Shown here in pieces: positions 7,922 through 16,912 of a stretch of DNA of 34,033 bases. Within the stretch, counting starts at the first letter, position 1. Every line of letters begins with the position of its first letter. This stretch comes from a virus (Duplodnaviria > Caudoviricetes): positions 1-34,033 of the IMG/VR virus record IMGVR_UViG_3300039239_000009. The stretch is one strand, 5' to 3'. The position numbers and the translations under genes were made by a program. The notes under the pieces were generated by a model. The model saw nothing but the letters and a program-made list of their open reading frames with translations, did no database searches and had not been told where the DNA came from.

Positions 7922-10660
7922 CTAACGGCCTTCTTCCACGCCCGTGACGAAAAAGCGCGACATGGCGTCGACCGTGCGCTGACGCCCCACGTTCATGCCG
8001 CGTTGCGCGGCATTCGCCACGGTGTCGGGGTTCGCGTTGGGCGCGTGGATGGTGATGTCCGTGTTGTTCTCCACCGTCACAGCGCCGCGCGCGCCGGATA
8101 CGCCGGCTTGCGCCACTGAGCCGCCGGAGATTAGCGGCAGGGGCTCGCCGTTGATGATTGCCCGCATCGCCGGCGTGTCAGCCAATAGCGGGCCCCTCTT
8201 GGGACCCGTCATGATCGCCTGCGTTTCTTCGTCCGGGCCTTCGGGCAGTAAGCCCTTGAACCAGTTCTTTGCGGCTTCGACTTTGTCCGTAATCCAGGTC
8301 TGGATGGCGGTCCCGATTTCCTTGATCTTTGCGATCATCCGGCCGCCGATGCCATCGAAGAAATTCCACAGGCCGCTGAATGCTTCCCGCCACTCTTTGA
8401 CCGCCCCGCCCCAATCGCCCTTAAAGGCAGCGATGACGCCGTTGAAGATCTTGGACCAGAATTTCCAGATCGCCTCGATGTACTCCAGCACCGGGCCCAT
8501 GAAGGAGCCCTTCGCCTTGTCCTTGAGTTCATCCCACGAAGCGGAAATCCGCGCCTTTACCTGATCCCAGTTTTTCCAGATTTCCCAGATTGCGGTCGCC
8601 AGTAAGAACACGCCCGCGATGATCCGCCCGATGGGCGTCATCGCGAATGCCCGCCACAGAAGCGGTACCGCCGTCCGGGCCAGGAACATGATCAAGCCCC
8701 GGACTGGGGAAAGAATCTGCCACAAGCCATAGACCAGCACTGTGAGCGTGCCCCACTTCGTGATCCACGGCCCCAACTCCTGGCCAGCGCCGCCGAGTAG
8801 GTCCTTGATGTAGACCAGTGCGCCCTTTACCGCGTCAATCTCGGAACGCCACTCCTCCACTCGACCGATCAGCGCGCCTGTGACCGAAATATCGCCGCGA
8901 AGCCAGCCGGCGATATCGTCCCCGATCAGATAGATGGTCGTCAGGATGGCGGCCATACGCAGAAGCGGGGCCAGCGTCCGATTCCAGAGCGAGAGCATCC
9001 GCAGGGCGCCGGCCGGGCCCCGTCGTAATGCCATCGCGCTATCCAATCCGATGGCGGCACGCGCCGCGCCCACCAGCGAACGGGTCAGCCCGCCGGATTG
9101 GAATGTCGCCAACCTCAGCCAGCCACGCAGCTTGACCAGGCCCCACGTCGCGCCCGTGAGCGCCAATAGTTTGACCAGGGTAGCGATGTGGTCGGCCATA
9201 AATTCGATCGACTTCGTCACGCCCAGCACGACGGCGCGCCCAGACGTCAGAGTCTTGCCAAAGAACCGCTGGAAGGCGTCATTCCATACCGTCATCGCGT
9301 CTGCGACAGTGACGGGCATGCTCTCGGCCTCGATACGCATCTTGGCCAGCTGGGTCTGCAGCGCAGGCAGGAACCGATCGGTCGTGACCTTCCCGGCTTT
9401 CACCTGCTCCAAAAGCTTGGCCGTGGTGATGCCCAGCCCGTCGGCCAGGGCGACCTGCAGGCGCGGCGCGGCACGCATCAGCGTGCTGTACTCGTCCATG
9501 CCCATCTTGCCCTGCATGATGGCTTTGGTCAGGGACGAAATGACGGATTCCTGGTCTTGCGCCTTGGTGCTGGAAAGCGCCATGCCAAGCGACAGACTTT
9601 CGGTCACGTCCACCGTGTCTTGCGTCGTCTTGCCGAGGTCGGCCATGGTGCGCCGTGTGCGCACAAACAGCTCGGCATTCGAGGCGTAGGACTTGTATGA
9701 CACGCGCGAGATCCGCGCCAGGTCCTTGTCCACCTCCGCGTATTCTTGGGCCGTGCTGGTAGCCTGGCGCATCCGCGCTTCCATCTGGCCCCAGGCATCG
9801 ATATCGCCAAAGATCCGCTTGACCAGAGAGACGCCCAGCACCGCGCCAATGATCCCGCGCAGGCCGGAAAATGCGCTCTGCTGCTCCTTGATTGCCCGCA
9901 CACCTTGCCACTGGGACCGGGTCATCCGGTCCTGTGCTTGGCGTGCGTCCTGGATACCCAGGCGGATCCCTTGCCACGCGCCGATGCCGGCCTCGCGCAC
10001 CGTGTGCAGCCCACCCCGGACGCGCCCCATAAGCCCGTTATAGGCCCCCTGGATCTGGGCAAACTTGCCACGGGCGCCTGCCACGTCAACCGGGAACGAC
10101 GCGGGCCGGCCCAGCTCGGGACGGAACGCTGGCGCTCGCGGCACCAATGGCGCCGGCCGGGGCTGAAGCATCGGCGTCGGTGCTGGGCGGGGCTGAAACG
10201 TCGGCGCTGGTGCCGTGGGCGCGACATAAGCGGGGGACGGCGCCGGCATCCGCGGCGCCGGGGCGGCCGGCTGCGCTGGAGCACTTACCGGCGTAGGCGA
10301 TGGTGCCGTGGGGGGCACAATCGGAGCAGCCACCACAGGAGCGGGCGGCGGGGCCATCGGGACTACCGGGGCCGCTGGCCGCGCCGGCGCCACGACAGGC
10401 CGGCCCTCCGTCACCATGGCCGGTTGAGGCGGCTGCGCCGGCCGCTGCTGAGGGATAGCGGGCGCCGGCACAGGCTTGGGTGCCCAAACGCTGGGATGGA
10501 CCCGCGCGCCCACCGCTACCTGCCGCATCGCCTGGACGGTCTTCGCACTGGCCGCGCCCATCGCCGTCTGTGCTGCTTGATAAGTCTGCTGATACTTCTT
10601 CAGCCCGGACTCGTCCACCTCGTAACGCAAGAGCGTCACCAGTTCGCGTACCGTAGTCAT
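7922..10660 (-). CDS. Tape measure protein (912 aa) with a Pro/Ala-rich N-terminal insert
   Basis: Long helical Ala-rich protein with tape-measure-type domain (GKMGMDEYSTLMRAAPRL), downstream of the tail chaperone. Confidence 0.92.
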   Translation of the reverse strand: MTTVRELVTLLRYEVDESGLKKYQQTYQAAQTAMGAASAKTVQAMRQVAVGARVHPSVWAPKPVPAPAIPQQRPAQPPQPAMVTEGRPVVAPARPAAPVVPMAPPPAPVVAAPIVPPTAPSPTPVSAPAQPAAPAPRMPAPSPAYVAPTAPAPTFQPRPAPTPMLQPRPAPLVPRAPAFRPELGRPASFPVDVAGARGKFAQIQGAYNGLMGRVRGGLHTVREAGIGAWQGIRLGIQDARQAQDRMTRSQWQGVRAIKEQQSAFSGLRGIIGAVLGVSLVKRIFGDIDAWGQMEARMRQATSTAQEYAEVDKDLARISRVSYKSYASNAELFVRTRRTMADLGKTTQDTVDVTESLSLGMALSSTKAQDQESVISSLTKAIMQGKMGMDEYSTLMRAAPRLQVALADGLGITTAKLLEQVKAGKVTTDRFLPALQTQLAKMRIEAESMPVTVADAMTVWNDAFQRFFGKTLTSGRAVVLGVTKSIEFMADHIATLVKLLALTGATWGLVKLRGWLRLATFQSGGLTRSLVGAARAAIGLDSAMALRRGPAGALRMLSLWNRTLAPLLRMAAILTTIYLIGDDIAGWLRGDISVTGALIGRVEEWRSEIDAVKGALVYIKDLLGGAGQELGPWITKWGTLTVLVYGLWQILSPVRGLIMFLARTAVPLLWRAFAMTPIGRIIAGVFLLATAIWEIWKNWDQVKARISASWDELKDKAKGSFMGPVLEYIEAIWKFWSKIFNGVIAAFKGDWGGAVKEWREAFSGLWNFFDGIGGRMIAKIKEIGTAIQTWITDKVEAAKNWFKGLLPEGPDEETQAIMTGPKRGPLLADTPAMRAIINGEPLPLISGGSVAQAGVSGARGAVTVENNTDITIHAPNANPDTVANAAQRGMNVGRQRTVDAMSRFFVTGVEEGR

Positions 10661-10662
10661 TG

Positions 10663-10902
10663 CTACCCCGTTTTCCTTTGCGCCGCCACCTGCGCGGCCT
10701 CCTGGGCGTCCATAAGAGCGTTCAGCTTCAAGATGTCCAGGAGATCAACATCGCCGCGCTTGACGGCATCCAGGCTCACGTGGCGGGCCAGGATTGGCCG
10801 CCAGATGATCAGCTCTCGTTCGAACCCGGCATCGAACCGCCCGACAGGCTCGCCAGCTTCTCGCGGGCCGGACCAAAGCGGCCGGCCCAGCGCACCAAAG
10901 GG
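10663..10902 (-). CDS. Tail assembly chaperone -1 frameshift extension (G-T-like)
   Basis: Open -1 frame ...ERELIIWRPILARHVSLDAVKRGDVDLLDILKLNALMDAQEAA...* fills the gap to the tape measure gene; slippery CCCTTTG at 10902-10896. Confidence 0.72.
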   Translation of the reverse strand, partial: PFGALGRPLWSGPREAGEPVGRFDAGFERELIIWRPILARHVSLDAVKRGDVDLLDILKLNALMDAQEAAQVAAQRKTG

Positions 10903-11294
10903 CCGGCGAAATTGTGCTCAAGGACGTGGTACAGCAGCTCCAGGATTTCCGCGAAATCCGAGAAGGCCATGCCGCGGTGCGCGGCGCTCAGCTTTTGCGG
11001 ATCTCGCCCGGCCAGCTCGAAGGTGACCAGCTCCGGATCGATCAGCCGTTCGGCCCACGCTGCCAGTGCGTCGCCACCCAGCCGGGTAGACAGGTCGCGG
11101 AAGGCCTGCAGCATGGCCTGCTCGTCCCTGGCCTGGCCCTCGCCCTCGCCGCCGAACACGGCGGCCATCATCGAACCGGCCGCCGGCAGCACTTCCTTTT
11201 GCAAGTCGCCGAGCAGCTTCAGCTGGCGAAAAGGGTCAAAGCGGGAAATGCGAAAGATCGTGGTGCCGATCGTGACTTCCTTGGTGGCGCTCAT
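10809..11294 (-). CDS. Tail assembly chaperone
   Basis: Between tube and tape measure genes; 161 aa, helical. Confidence 0.8.
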   Translation of the reverse strand: MSATKEVTIGTTIFRISRFDPFRQLKLLGDLQKEVLPAAGSMMAAVFGGEGEGQARDEQAMLQAFRDLSTRLGGDALAAWAERLIDPELVTFELAGRDPQKLSAAHRGMAFSDFAEILELLYHVLEHNFAGPLVRWAGRFGPAREKLASLSGGSMPGSNES

Positions 11295-11722
11295 CAGGTA
11301 TTACCCCCCACGATGTTGATCGATGGCCCGGTCTCGATCACCCATTCGCGAGTGCCCACCTTGGCCGCGTAGCCCGCGTCCGGGGTCTTGACGATCCAGG
11401 CCGAATCCGACGCGTGCAGCGACGTGCCCCGCAGGTCGGTAATTGCGATCGGCACGGTGCCATTCCCATCCGTCGACTTGTCGGCTTGGTGCAGCGCCGT
11501 AAGCGCCGGGTTGCTTGCGCTGGTTTGCATCAACGTGACGGTGATCCGCAGCCGCGAGTCCCGCGACATCGAGCGGGCGACCTCGCCATCGACGCCGGCG
11601 ACGGAGGCAATGCCCTCGCCGATTTCGGCCACCGTCACAAAGGTGTCCTCGGCCAGGCCCGACAGGGGCAAAGCCCCCATGACGATCTTCACCTGATTCG
11701 GTGCGTAAGTTTTAACGGACAT
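11294..11722 (-). CDS. Tail tube protein (DUF3277-like)
   Basis: KTYAP..V, GVDGEV, ITVTLMQTSASN motifs; follows the sheath. Confidence 0.85.
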   Translation of the reverse strand: MSVKTYAPNQVKIVMGALPLSGLAEDTFVTVAEIGEGIASVAGVDGEVARSMSRDSRLRITVTLMQTSASNPALTALHQADKSTDGNGTVPIAITDLRGTSLHASDSAWIVKTPDAGYAAKVGTREWVIETGPSINIVGGNT

Positions 11723-11737
11723 GCTTTTGCACCCCGA

Positions 11738-13096
11738 TTACAGTTGTTGATAGGTCAGGTTGCCCTTGATTTCGGCAACGTGGATGGCGCCAGCCAGGCG
11801 GGCACTGAATTTCAGGTCCCGCAGGATGCGGTTGGCCTTGTCGTTCGGCGAAATACTGGCCGCACGCGGCACGGTGATGACGAAGCCCGGGATCTTCCGG
11901 CCCGCGTCGTCAATTTCGTCGGGCGCGATCAGGCCCCGCGCCTGGCCGAGCATCAGCGCTTGGCGGATCCCGTTCACGATGACCAGGATGCCCGCGTCGG
12001 TGTACGGCACTTTGCCGTCCGCGTTGATCAGCTGGGAGGCAACATTGATCTTGACCTGCTCGGCCAGCCAATCACGGCCGCGGATCACGTCGATCCATTC
12101 GCCCGCCGCGACCTTGCCGTTCTGCGTCACCGCAAAATTGCGCATCTGCTCGAACGTGTTGGCGTTCTTGGCATGGGCGGCCAGCGCCTGCCCCTCGGCC
12201 AGGTTGTCATAGGTCACGCCCGCCAGGCGCGTATTCGCCCAGGTTTCACCGCCGGGGTAATACGTGAAGCGGTTGGCCGCTACGGCCGCTTCGATCGCCT
12301 CCGATCGCGCCTGGCCGTGATACCAGACGTGGGTGCGGAAGTACTGCTTCTGCTGGCACTTGGACGCGATGTCGCTGGAGACTGCCGAGTCGATGATTCC
12401 GGCCTGGTCGCTGGAGACCCCAAACAGGCGCTCGTTGGATTCGACCCATTCGGCCGCATCAAGCACGTCGGCTTCGACGCGGCTGGCCAGCGCGACTCCG
12501 TACCAGTCTGCACTTTCGCGCAAGCACGCGTTCAGCGCCGCGGATGGCGTCTCGGTGCTGGCCGGTGCCTCCAGCTGCAGATTGCCCTTGATCGCGACGG
12601 CCACCGCCTGCCCCGCCTGGTTCGCGGTAATGGATACCTCCGCGCCCACGGCGACGGCGGTGACCGGCGCGCTGGCTGCGGTAACTGCGGCCACCAGTGC
12701 AGTGGCGATGGTTTGCGGCGTGCTGTTGGCCACACCCGTCGCCGAGGCCTGGGCCGTCTTGATTTCGCCGGCGGCGTCGCGCCACGTCATTGCGATCGAG
12801 TAGTCCGACAGCGAAGCGGCTGCCACCGTGATCCGGGACGTTTCCACTTGGCGGCGGCCAACAAAGACGCGGGTCACCGTGGGGATCTGCTTGAAGGCGT
12901 CGCGCACGGCGATATAAAGCGGATCATTCGGGGCAATACCCAGGTCCAGCAGCTCGCCGGGCTCGGTCACCACCATGATGCGGTTGACACCCAGCGCGTG
13001 AGCGCCCAGGACGAGAAGGTCAGAAAAGCTCTGTTCCTTGATCGCCGTGGTGTTCAGGGAGATCGCCACGTTGACGATCCGGTCGATTTTTGCCAT
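11738..13096 (-). CDS. Tail sheath protein (DUF3383-like)
   Basis: IDRIVNVAI start, GEWIDVIRGRDWL, KVPYTDAG and AGAIH motifs. Confidence 0.9.
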   Translation of the reverse strand: MAKIDRIVNVAISLNTTAIKEQSFSDLLVLGAHALGVNRIMVVTEPGELLDLGIAPNDPLYIAVRDAFKQIPTVTRVFVGRRQVETSRITVAAASLSDYSIAMTWRDAAGEIKTAQASATGVANSTPQTIATALVAAVTAASAPVTAVAVGAEVSITANQAGQAVAVAIKGNLQLEAPASTETPSAALNACLRESADWYGVALASRVEADVLDAAEWVESNERLFGVSSDQAGIIDSAVSSDIASKCQQKQYFRTHVWYHGQARSEAIEAAVAANRFTYYPGGETWANTRLAGVTYDNLAEGQALAAHAKNANTFEQMRNFAVTQNGKVAAGEWIDVIRGRDWLAEQVKINVASQLINADGKVPYTDAGILVIVNGIRQALMLGQARGLIAPDEIDDAGRKIPGFVITVPRAASISPNDKANRILRDLKFSARLAGAIHVAEIKGNLTYQQL

Positions 13097-13110
13097 GTGC
13101 GGCTCCAATG

Positions 13111-13132
13111 AAAAAAGCCGCCAGGAGGCGGC
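13111..13132 (-). terminator. Intrinsic terminator-like hairpin just upstream of the sheath gene
   Basis: GCCGCC-TCCT-GGCGGC followed by T6 on the minus strand. Confidence 0.7.
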
Positions 13133-13158
13133 CAGATGGCGATTGCGCGTCGCGGCCG

Positions 13159-13683
13159 CTAGGGCGCGGTCACGACAGTCGCGGTAAAGGGGGTTTCGAT
13201 GCCCGGCGTCAGCCCGCCGGAAGTGGTGACGGTGCCAGTCACGGTTTCGATGATGCCGACAAACGCGGAATGAACACGGGTGTATCGGATTCCAAGCTCC
13301 AGCATGCCGCGGCGCTCGAAGCGCACCGCGTCGCGCAGGGCTGGAACATTCTGCAGGCGCCCTACCTCGTACAGGGCCAGGCCCAACGCCTCAGCCCGGT
13401 CTTCATAGACGGGGTGCCGCAGTTTCAGCGCCAGTTCGTCCAGCGCGTCGTAAGCCGCGGCTCGAAAGCTCTGCAGCTCGACCACCGCGTCGTCGTGGTG
13501 GCGCACGGGCTGCTCGCCTTCATCATCCACCCGTCCGGCCTCTGCGCCGCTGACCCTAGCCCAGCGCACAGCCAGCATGATGTACGGACCGACCGGCCGA
13601 GGGCCATTGTCGTCCGCGAAGATCACAGGAATGCCGCCCGCGGCGGCCTCGATCAGTTCGAAAATTGCGTCTTCTGGGGCCAT
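13159..13683 (-). CDS. Tail terminator / neck protein
   Basis: 174 aa upstream of the sheath; NGPRP..PY motif. Confidence 0.75.
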   Translation of the reverse strand: MAPEDAIFELIEAAAGGIPVIFADDNGPRPVGPYIMLAVRWARVSGAEAGRVDDEGEQPVRHHDDAVVELQSFRAAAYDALDELALKLRHPVYEDRAEALGLALYEVGRLQNVPALRDAVRFERRGMLELGIRYTRVHSAFVGIIETVTGTVTTSGGLTPGIETPFTATVVTAP

Positions 13684-13706
13684 GGTCGTCCGAAAAATTT
13701 AATAGC

Positions 13707-13860
13707 GCATCGATGGGACTATCGGCCACTCCACGCCTACGCGCGCGCCGACTCGATGCTGCCCTACCCGGTAGCCTGGAATGCCCAGCCGGGCCTGGAG
13801 AGTCCTCCCGGACGTTTAGCCCCGTCCGGTCCCAGACCAGGCGGCCGGGAATCCTTGGGC
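13707..13860. ncRNA. Candidate structured RNA element in an intergenic gap of the late operon
   Basis: Nested stems GCATCGA/TCGATGC, GCCCAG/TTGGGC, GCCTGG/CCAGGC, CCGGACG/CGTCCGG; shares a sub-fold with 25272-25382. Confidence 0.5.
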
Positions 13861-14229
13861 TTACTGCAATTCAGAGGCGGCCAGCAGCACCGCCAGGTAT
13901 CGGTAATGCGGTATCACGCCCGACTGCCAGGGCGCCACGCCTACCAGCAGGTACTCGCCCGCCAGCGGGCCGGCGCCCCATACCAGGCGGTCGCCGTTCG
14001 TCCAATCCTGGCCGGCAACATCCAGTACCTCGGACGTGTAGATCCGGACAGCGGCGCGCACGCGCCGGCCTTCCGGATTCGCCTGCAGCTGGTCGTAGTC
14101 GCCGGTCTTGGCGGGTTGCACTGAGGCCTGGATCGTCTTGTCCGGGCCCGGCTCGCCTTCTATCCAGTGACCGCGCTCACGCCGGCCCGGGAGCCGCGTG
14201 CGGATCACGTGCGGTTTTCGGAAGCTCAT
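13861..14229 (-). CDS. Head closure / head-tail adaptor protein
   Basis: IQASVQP...Q..PEG.R....RIY motif; synteny. Confidence 0.75.
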   Translation of the reverse strand: MSFRKPHVIRTRLPGRRERGHWIEGEPGPDKTIQASVQPAKTGDYDQLQANPEGRRVRAAVRIYTSEVLDVAGQDWTNGDRLVWGAGPLAGEYLLVGVAPWQSGVIPHYRYLAVLLAASELQ

Positions 14230-14232
14230 GCG

Positions 14233-14685
14233 CTACACCTTCTCGTATCGGACCGCGCCGACCAGTAGGCCGTCATCGATCAGCGGCACGTCGCTGCCCT
14301 TCTTGGCGATGGTCGACGGTGCGTTGGGCTCGGCCCATTTCTTCGACTGCTGGAAATGTGCCTTCTGGTGCTTCTCAGCGAAGGTACCAAGCTGGTCCAG
14401 CGCCGCGTCCACAGTAATCTGGCCCTCCTGCACCGCGGCGGCGGCGCGGTCCATGGCCTGGTCCAGCACCTGGCCGTTCTTCTCCACGAAATCCCGCAGG
14501 GCAGGACGCGCGGGGATATGCTCGGTGCCGAATTCGTTGATGATGGCGATGTCGAGCAGGTCGACGTCCGTCTCCGGATCCTTCCCGGCGTTTGCCTGGA
14601 TCCCGAACTTCACGCCACGCCCATGGATCGCCTTGGCCAGGCGCACGTGGGCGGCCAGGCCGCGATCAACGAATTTAACAGCCAC
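14233..14685 (-). CDS. Neck / tail completion protein
   Basis: IAIINEFGT.HIPARP, PNAPSTIAKKGS..PLID motifs; GTG start preceded by GGAG. Confidence 0.8.
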   Translation of the reverse strand: MAVKFVDRGLAAHVRLAKAIHGRGVKFGIQANAGKDPETDVDLLDIAIINEFGTEHIPARPALRDFVEKNGQVLDQAMDRAAAAVQEGQITVDAALDQLGTFAEKHQKAHFQQSKKWAEPNAPSTIAKKGSDVPLIDDGLLVGAVRYEKV

Positions 14686-15049
14686 GGGGCGTACTCCGCA
14701 CTGTTGCCGCGCCAACGCCGCAGAGACGAGCAAGGCGCTGGTACCGGCCATAAAACCCTGCCGGATCATCGGCGCCTGCGACTTGGCCGTACGTGCGCTG
14801 CAGGTCGCCTTCCTTTTCGCTCACGACGCCAGGCCTGGCCAACACGCCGTCATCTTCCGCGGCGCGCTGCTGCTTAATCCCGTACAGCAGCCAGGCCGCG
14901 TACCACAGCTGCGCCTCGTCCTGCTTCTTTTCGGGCAGGCAGACGGGCCGATAATCTGCAGCCATCGCAAGCGCCCGCTCCTTGTCCGGGAGCGCTATGG
15001 AGGCCACCGCCGGCGCCAGGAAGTCCAGATCGTTGACGGTGGCCGCCAT
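14675..15049 (-). CDS. Head-tail connector (DUF4054-like)
   Basis: YAAWLL, VVSEKEGDL..TY, YG..Y motifs; synteny. Confidence 0.75.
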   Translation of the reverse strand: MAATVNDLDFLAPAVASIALPDKERALAMAADYRPVCLPEKKQDEAQLWYAAWLLYGIKQQRAAEDDGVLARPGVVSEKEGDLQRTYGQVAGADDPAGFYGRYQRLARLCGVGAATVRSTPRGC

Positions 15050-15051
15050 GA

Positions 15052-15438
15052 TTACTCCCCCTGACTGCCACCGGCGCCGGCCTGGCCGCCGCCGTCGCCC
15101 TGATCTGCGAGGCTGGCCCTCAGGGCCTCGTACAGCCCCTGCAGCTCAGCCTTATTGGCCGAGGCGTCGTACTGTGCGCCCTGCCCATCCAGCCAGGCTT
15201 TCAGGTCCTTGACCGTGGACGGCTCCTTGGTGCCGCCGGCATCATTGTCGGCTTTGGTGCCCTTCTTGGGCGCCGACTGATCGTCCTCCGACGCCTCGGC
15301 TTCGACCAGCATGCCGCGCTTGATCAGGTCCTGAACGCCGCGGATCTCCGGGTCCACCTTGGCCGTCTGCGTCGGGGCGATCACGGTGTGGCCGCCGATG
15401 TTGATGACCGCCTTGGTTGCGTTGGTGTAGTAAGGCAT
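15052..15438 (-). CDS. Phage protein with C-terminal HeH/LEM-like domain
   Basis: TVKDLKAWLDGQGAQYDASANKAELQGL; follows the capsid gene. Confidence 0.7.
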   Translation of the reverse strand: MPYYTNATKAVINIGGHTVIAPTQTAKVDPEIRGVQDLIKRGMLVEAEASEDDQSAPKKGTKADNDAGGTKEPSTVKDLKAWLDGQGAQYDASANKAELQGLYEALRASLADQGDGGGQAGAGGSQGE

Positions 15439-16394
15439 CAGATTTCCCCCTTGGCCAGCGACAGCGGGTAATAAACGACGACCCCGCCGGCACGCGCCAG
15501 GCAGGGCACCACCAGCTCCAGGCCTCGGGCTTGTGCGGCCAGCTGGTTGAACGGCATAGGCAGCTCCATTGCCAGGTTTTCCTCGCTGTATTCGTATGCG
15601 AGGATCAGATCCTTACCACCAGTGCCGGCGCCCTTAAACTCGGCGGCGCCCATGATTTGCAGGCCGGGGTGCTTGTCCTGGAAAAACTGGCCCACCGTCT
15701 TGCCGCCGGAGTCGGGCACCCGTTTGGAAAAGATGCGGCTGCGCTGCTCGGTCGGCATGGCGACACGCGTCGGCTTGTGCACGTCCTTCGACTGGTTGGG
15801 CACCGCGTCGTAGATCATGTCCAGGTCAGCCAGCATTTGATCGGCGGTGGTGTTCGCGTTCAACCAGTCGCCGTGCAACCCAACGACGAGCGGCACGTTG
15901 GGATGGTTGATCAAGCCGTACAGACCGAACTTGGTGTCGCCGATCAGAGCCATCTGATTCAACTTGATGTCGATCGCCTTACGCGCGGCCATCGACTTGC
16001 GCGTCGGCAGGTCGGTACGGTTCGCTGCAGCCGCACGGATTTCCATGATGCTGTAGCCGTACGAATCGCCGATGTTCTTGATCGAGGCGGTCTTTTCCTC
16101 GCCTTTCACGTCAGCGCGCGGGAGATCCGCGGCGTAGTTGGCGACGATCTTCGCCATGCCGACCTCGTCGAACATGGTGTAGGTAAACGTCTCCGCCCAC
16201 TCGGGCACCTCGGTAGAGATCGGCACCAGCTGCAGGCCGATCATAGGCGGCTGCTTCTTGTCGTAGGTGCGCGTCTTGACGTAGTCCAGTTGGCGGGCGG
16301 TGTACAAGCCTTCGTCCTCCCGCATGTCGCCGATCCGCGCCACGGTCTGGACCGCGGGCAAATCAGCCTCGTCGTAATGCTCGTGTTTGTCCAT
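15438..16394 (-). CDS. Major capsid protein (DUF2184-like, HK97 fold)
   Basis: ARQLDYV, DLPRAD, GD...GLYGLINHPN and GGVVVYYP motifs. Confidence 0.9.
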   Translation of the reverse strand: MDKHEHYDEADLPAVQTVARIGDMREDEGLYTARQLDYVKTRTYDKKQPPMIGLQLVPISTEVPEWAETFTYTMFDEVGMAKIVANYAADLPRADVKGEEKTASIKNIGDSYGYSIMEIRAAAANRTDLPTRKSMAARKAIDIKLNQMALIGDTKFGLYGLINHPNVPLVVGLHGDWLNANTTADQMLADLDMIYDAVPNQSKDVHKPTRVAMPTEQRSRIFSKRVPDSGGKTVGQFFQDKHPGLQIMGAAEFKGAGTGGKDLILAYEYSEENLAMELPMPFNQLAAQARGLELVVPCLARAGGVVVYYPLSLAKGEI

Positions 16395-16407
16395 GGTATT
16401 CCCAATG

Positions 16408-16430
16408 AAAAAGGCCCCTATCGGGGCCTT
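16408..16430 (-). terminator. Terminator-like hairpin just upstream of the capsid gene
   Basis: AAGGCCCC-GATA-GGGGCCTTTTT on the minus strand. Confidence 0.65.
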
Positions 16431-16453
16431 GTGTTAATCGGTTGTGGCGCCGG

Positions 16454-16912
16454 TCAGGGAGCCGTGGGCGCCGTAGCGAAGGGCGCGTGCAGTTCGATCA
16501 GAGCGATCCTGCCGCCGGAGACCTCGACGGCGCCCGAGCGAAAGACCGCGTTCGGTACCGCGGTGGTGCCGGCATCGGACACAGTGCCGTCGGCCGCACA
16601 CTTCACGGGGCCGTCCTCCGTCACCGCGCCGCCAGTGGTAACGAGCGCCCACGCACGGCGCACACGCATCACGCTGACGGCGTCGAACTCGCGGTAACCG
16701 CCTTCCCGCGGGATGGTGTGGGTGTGCAGCGCCAGACCGCGAATGCGCGTGCCAGGGCCGGCGACGATGCGGTCGTCCGTGGTGTCGCCCACGATCACGC
16801 CAGGACGGATGTTGCCGGCGGCGGCGTAGGTCTCGACGTCGTCATAGCCCAGGTCGGCCTTCATGCCGGCGTAGGCGACGTCCATGCGGTCGTCATAAAC
16901 GGGGGGCATCAT
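16454..16912 (-). CDS. Capsid decoration / cement protein
   Basis: 152 aa between scaffold-protease and capsid; AYAGMKAD motif. Confidence 0.72.
   Translation of the reverse strand: MMPPVYDDRMDVAYAGMKADLGYDDVETYAAAGNIRPGVIVGDTTDDRIVAGPGTRIRGLALHTHTIPREGGYREFDAVSVMRVRRAWALVTTGGAVTEDGPVKCAADGTVSDAGTTAVPNAVFRSGAVEVSGGRIALIELHAPFATAPTAP

Noticed and set aside
9746-13111. Long plus-strand ORFs (426 aa and 565 aa) and similar ones at 15417-16697 and 19413-21256
   Set aside because: Antisense shadow frames of real genes in high-GC DNA, with no recognisable motifs
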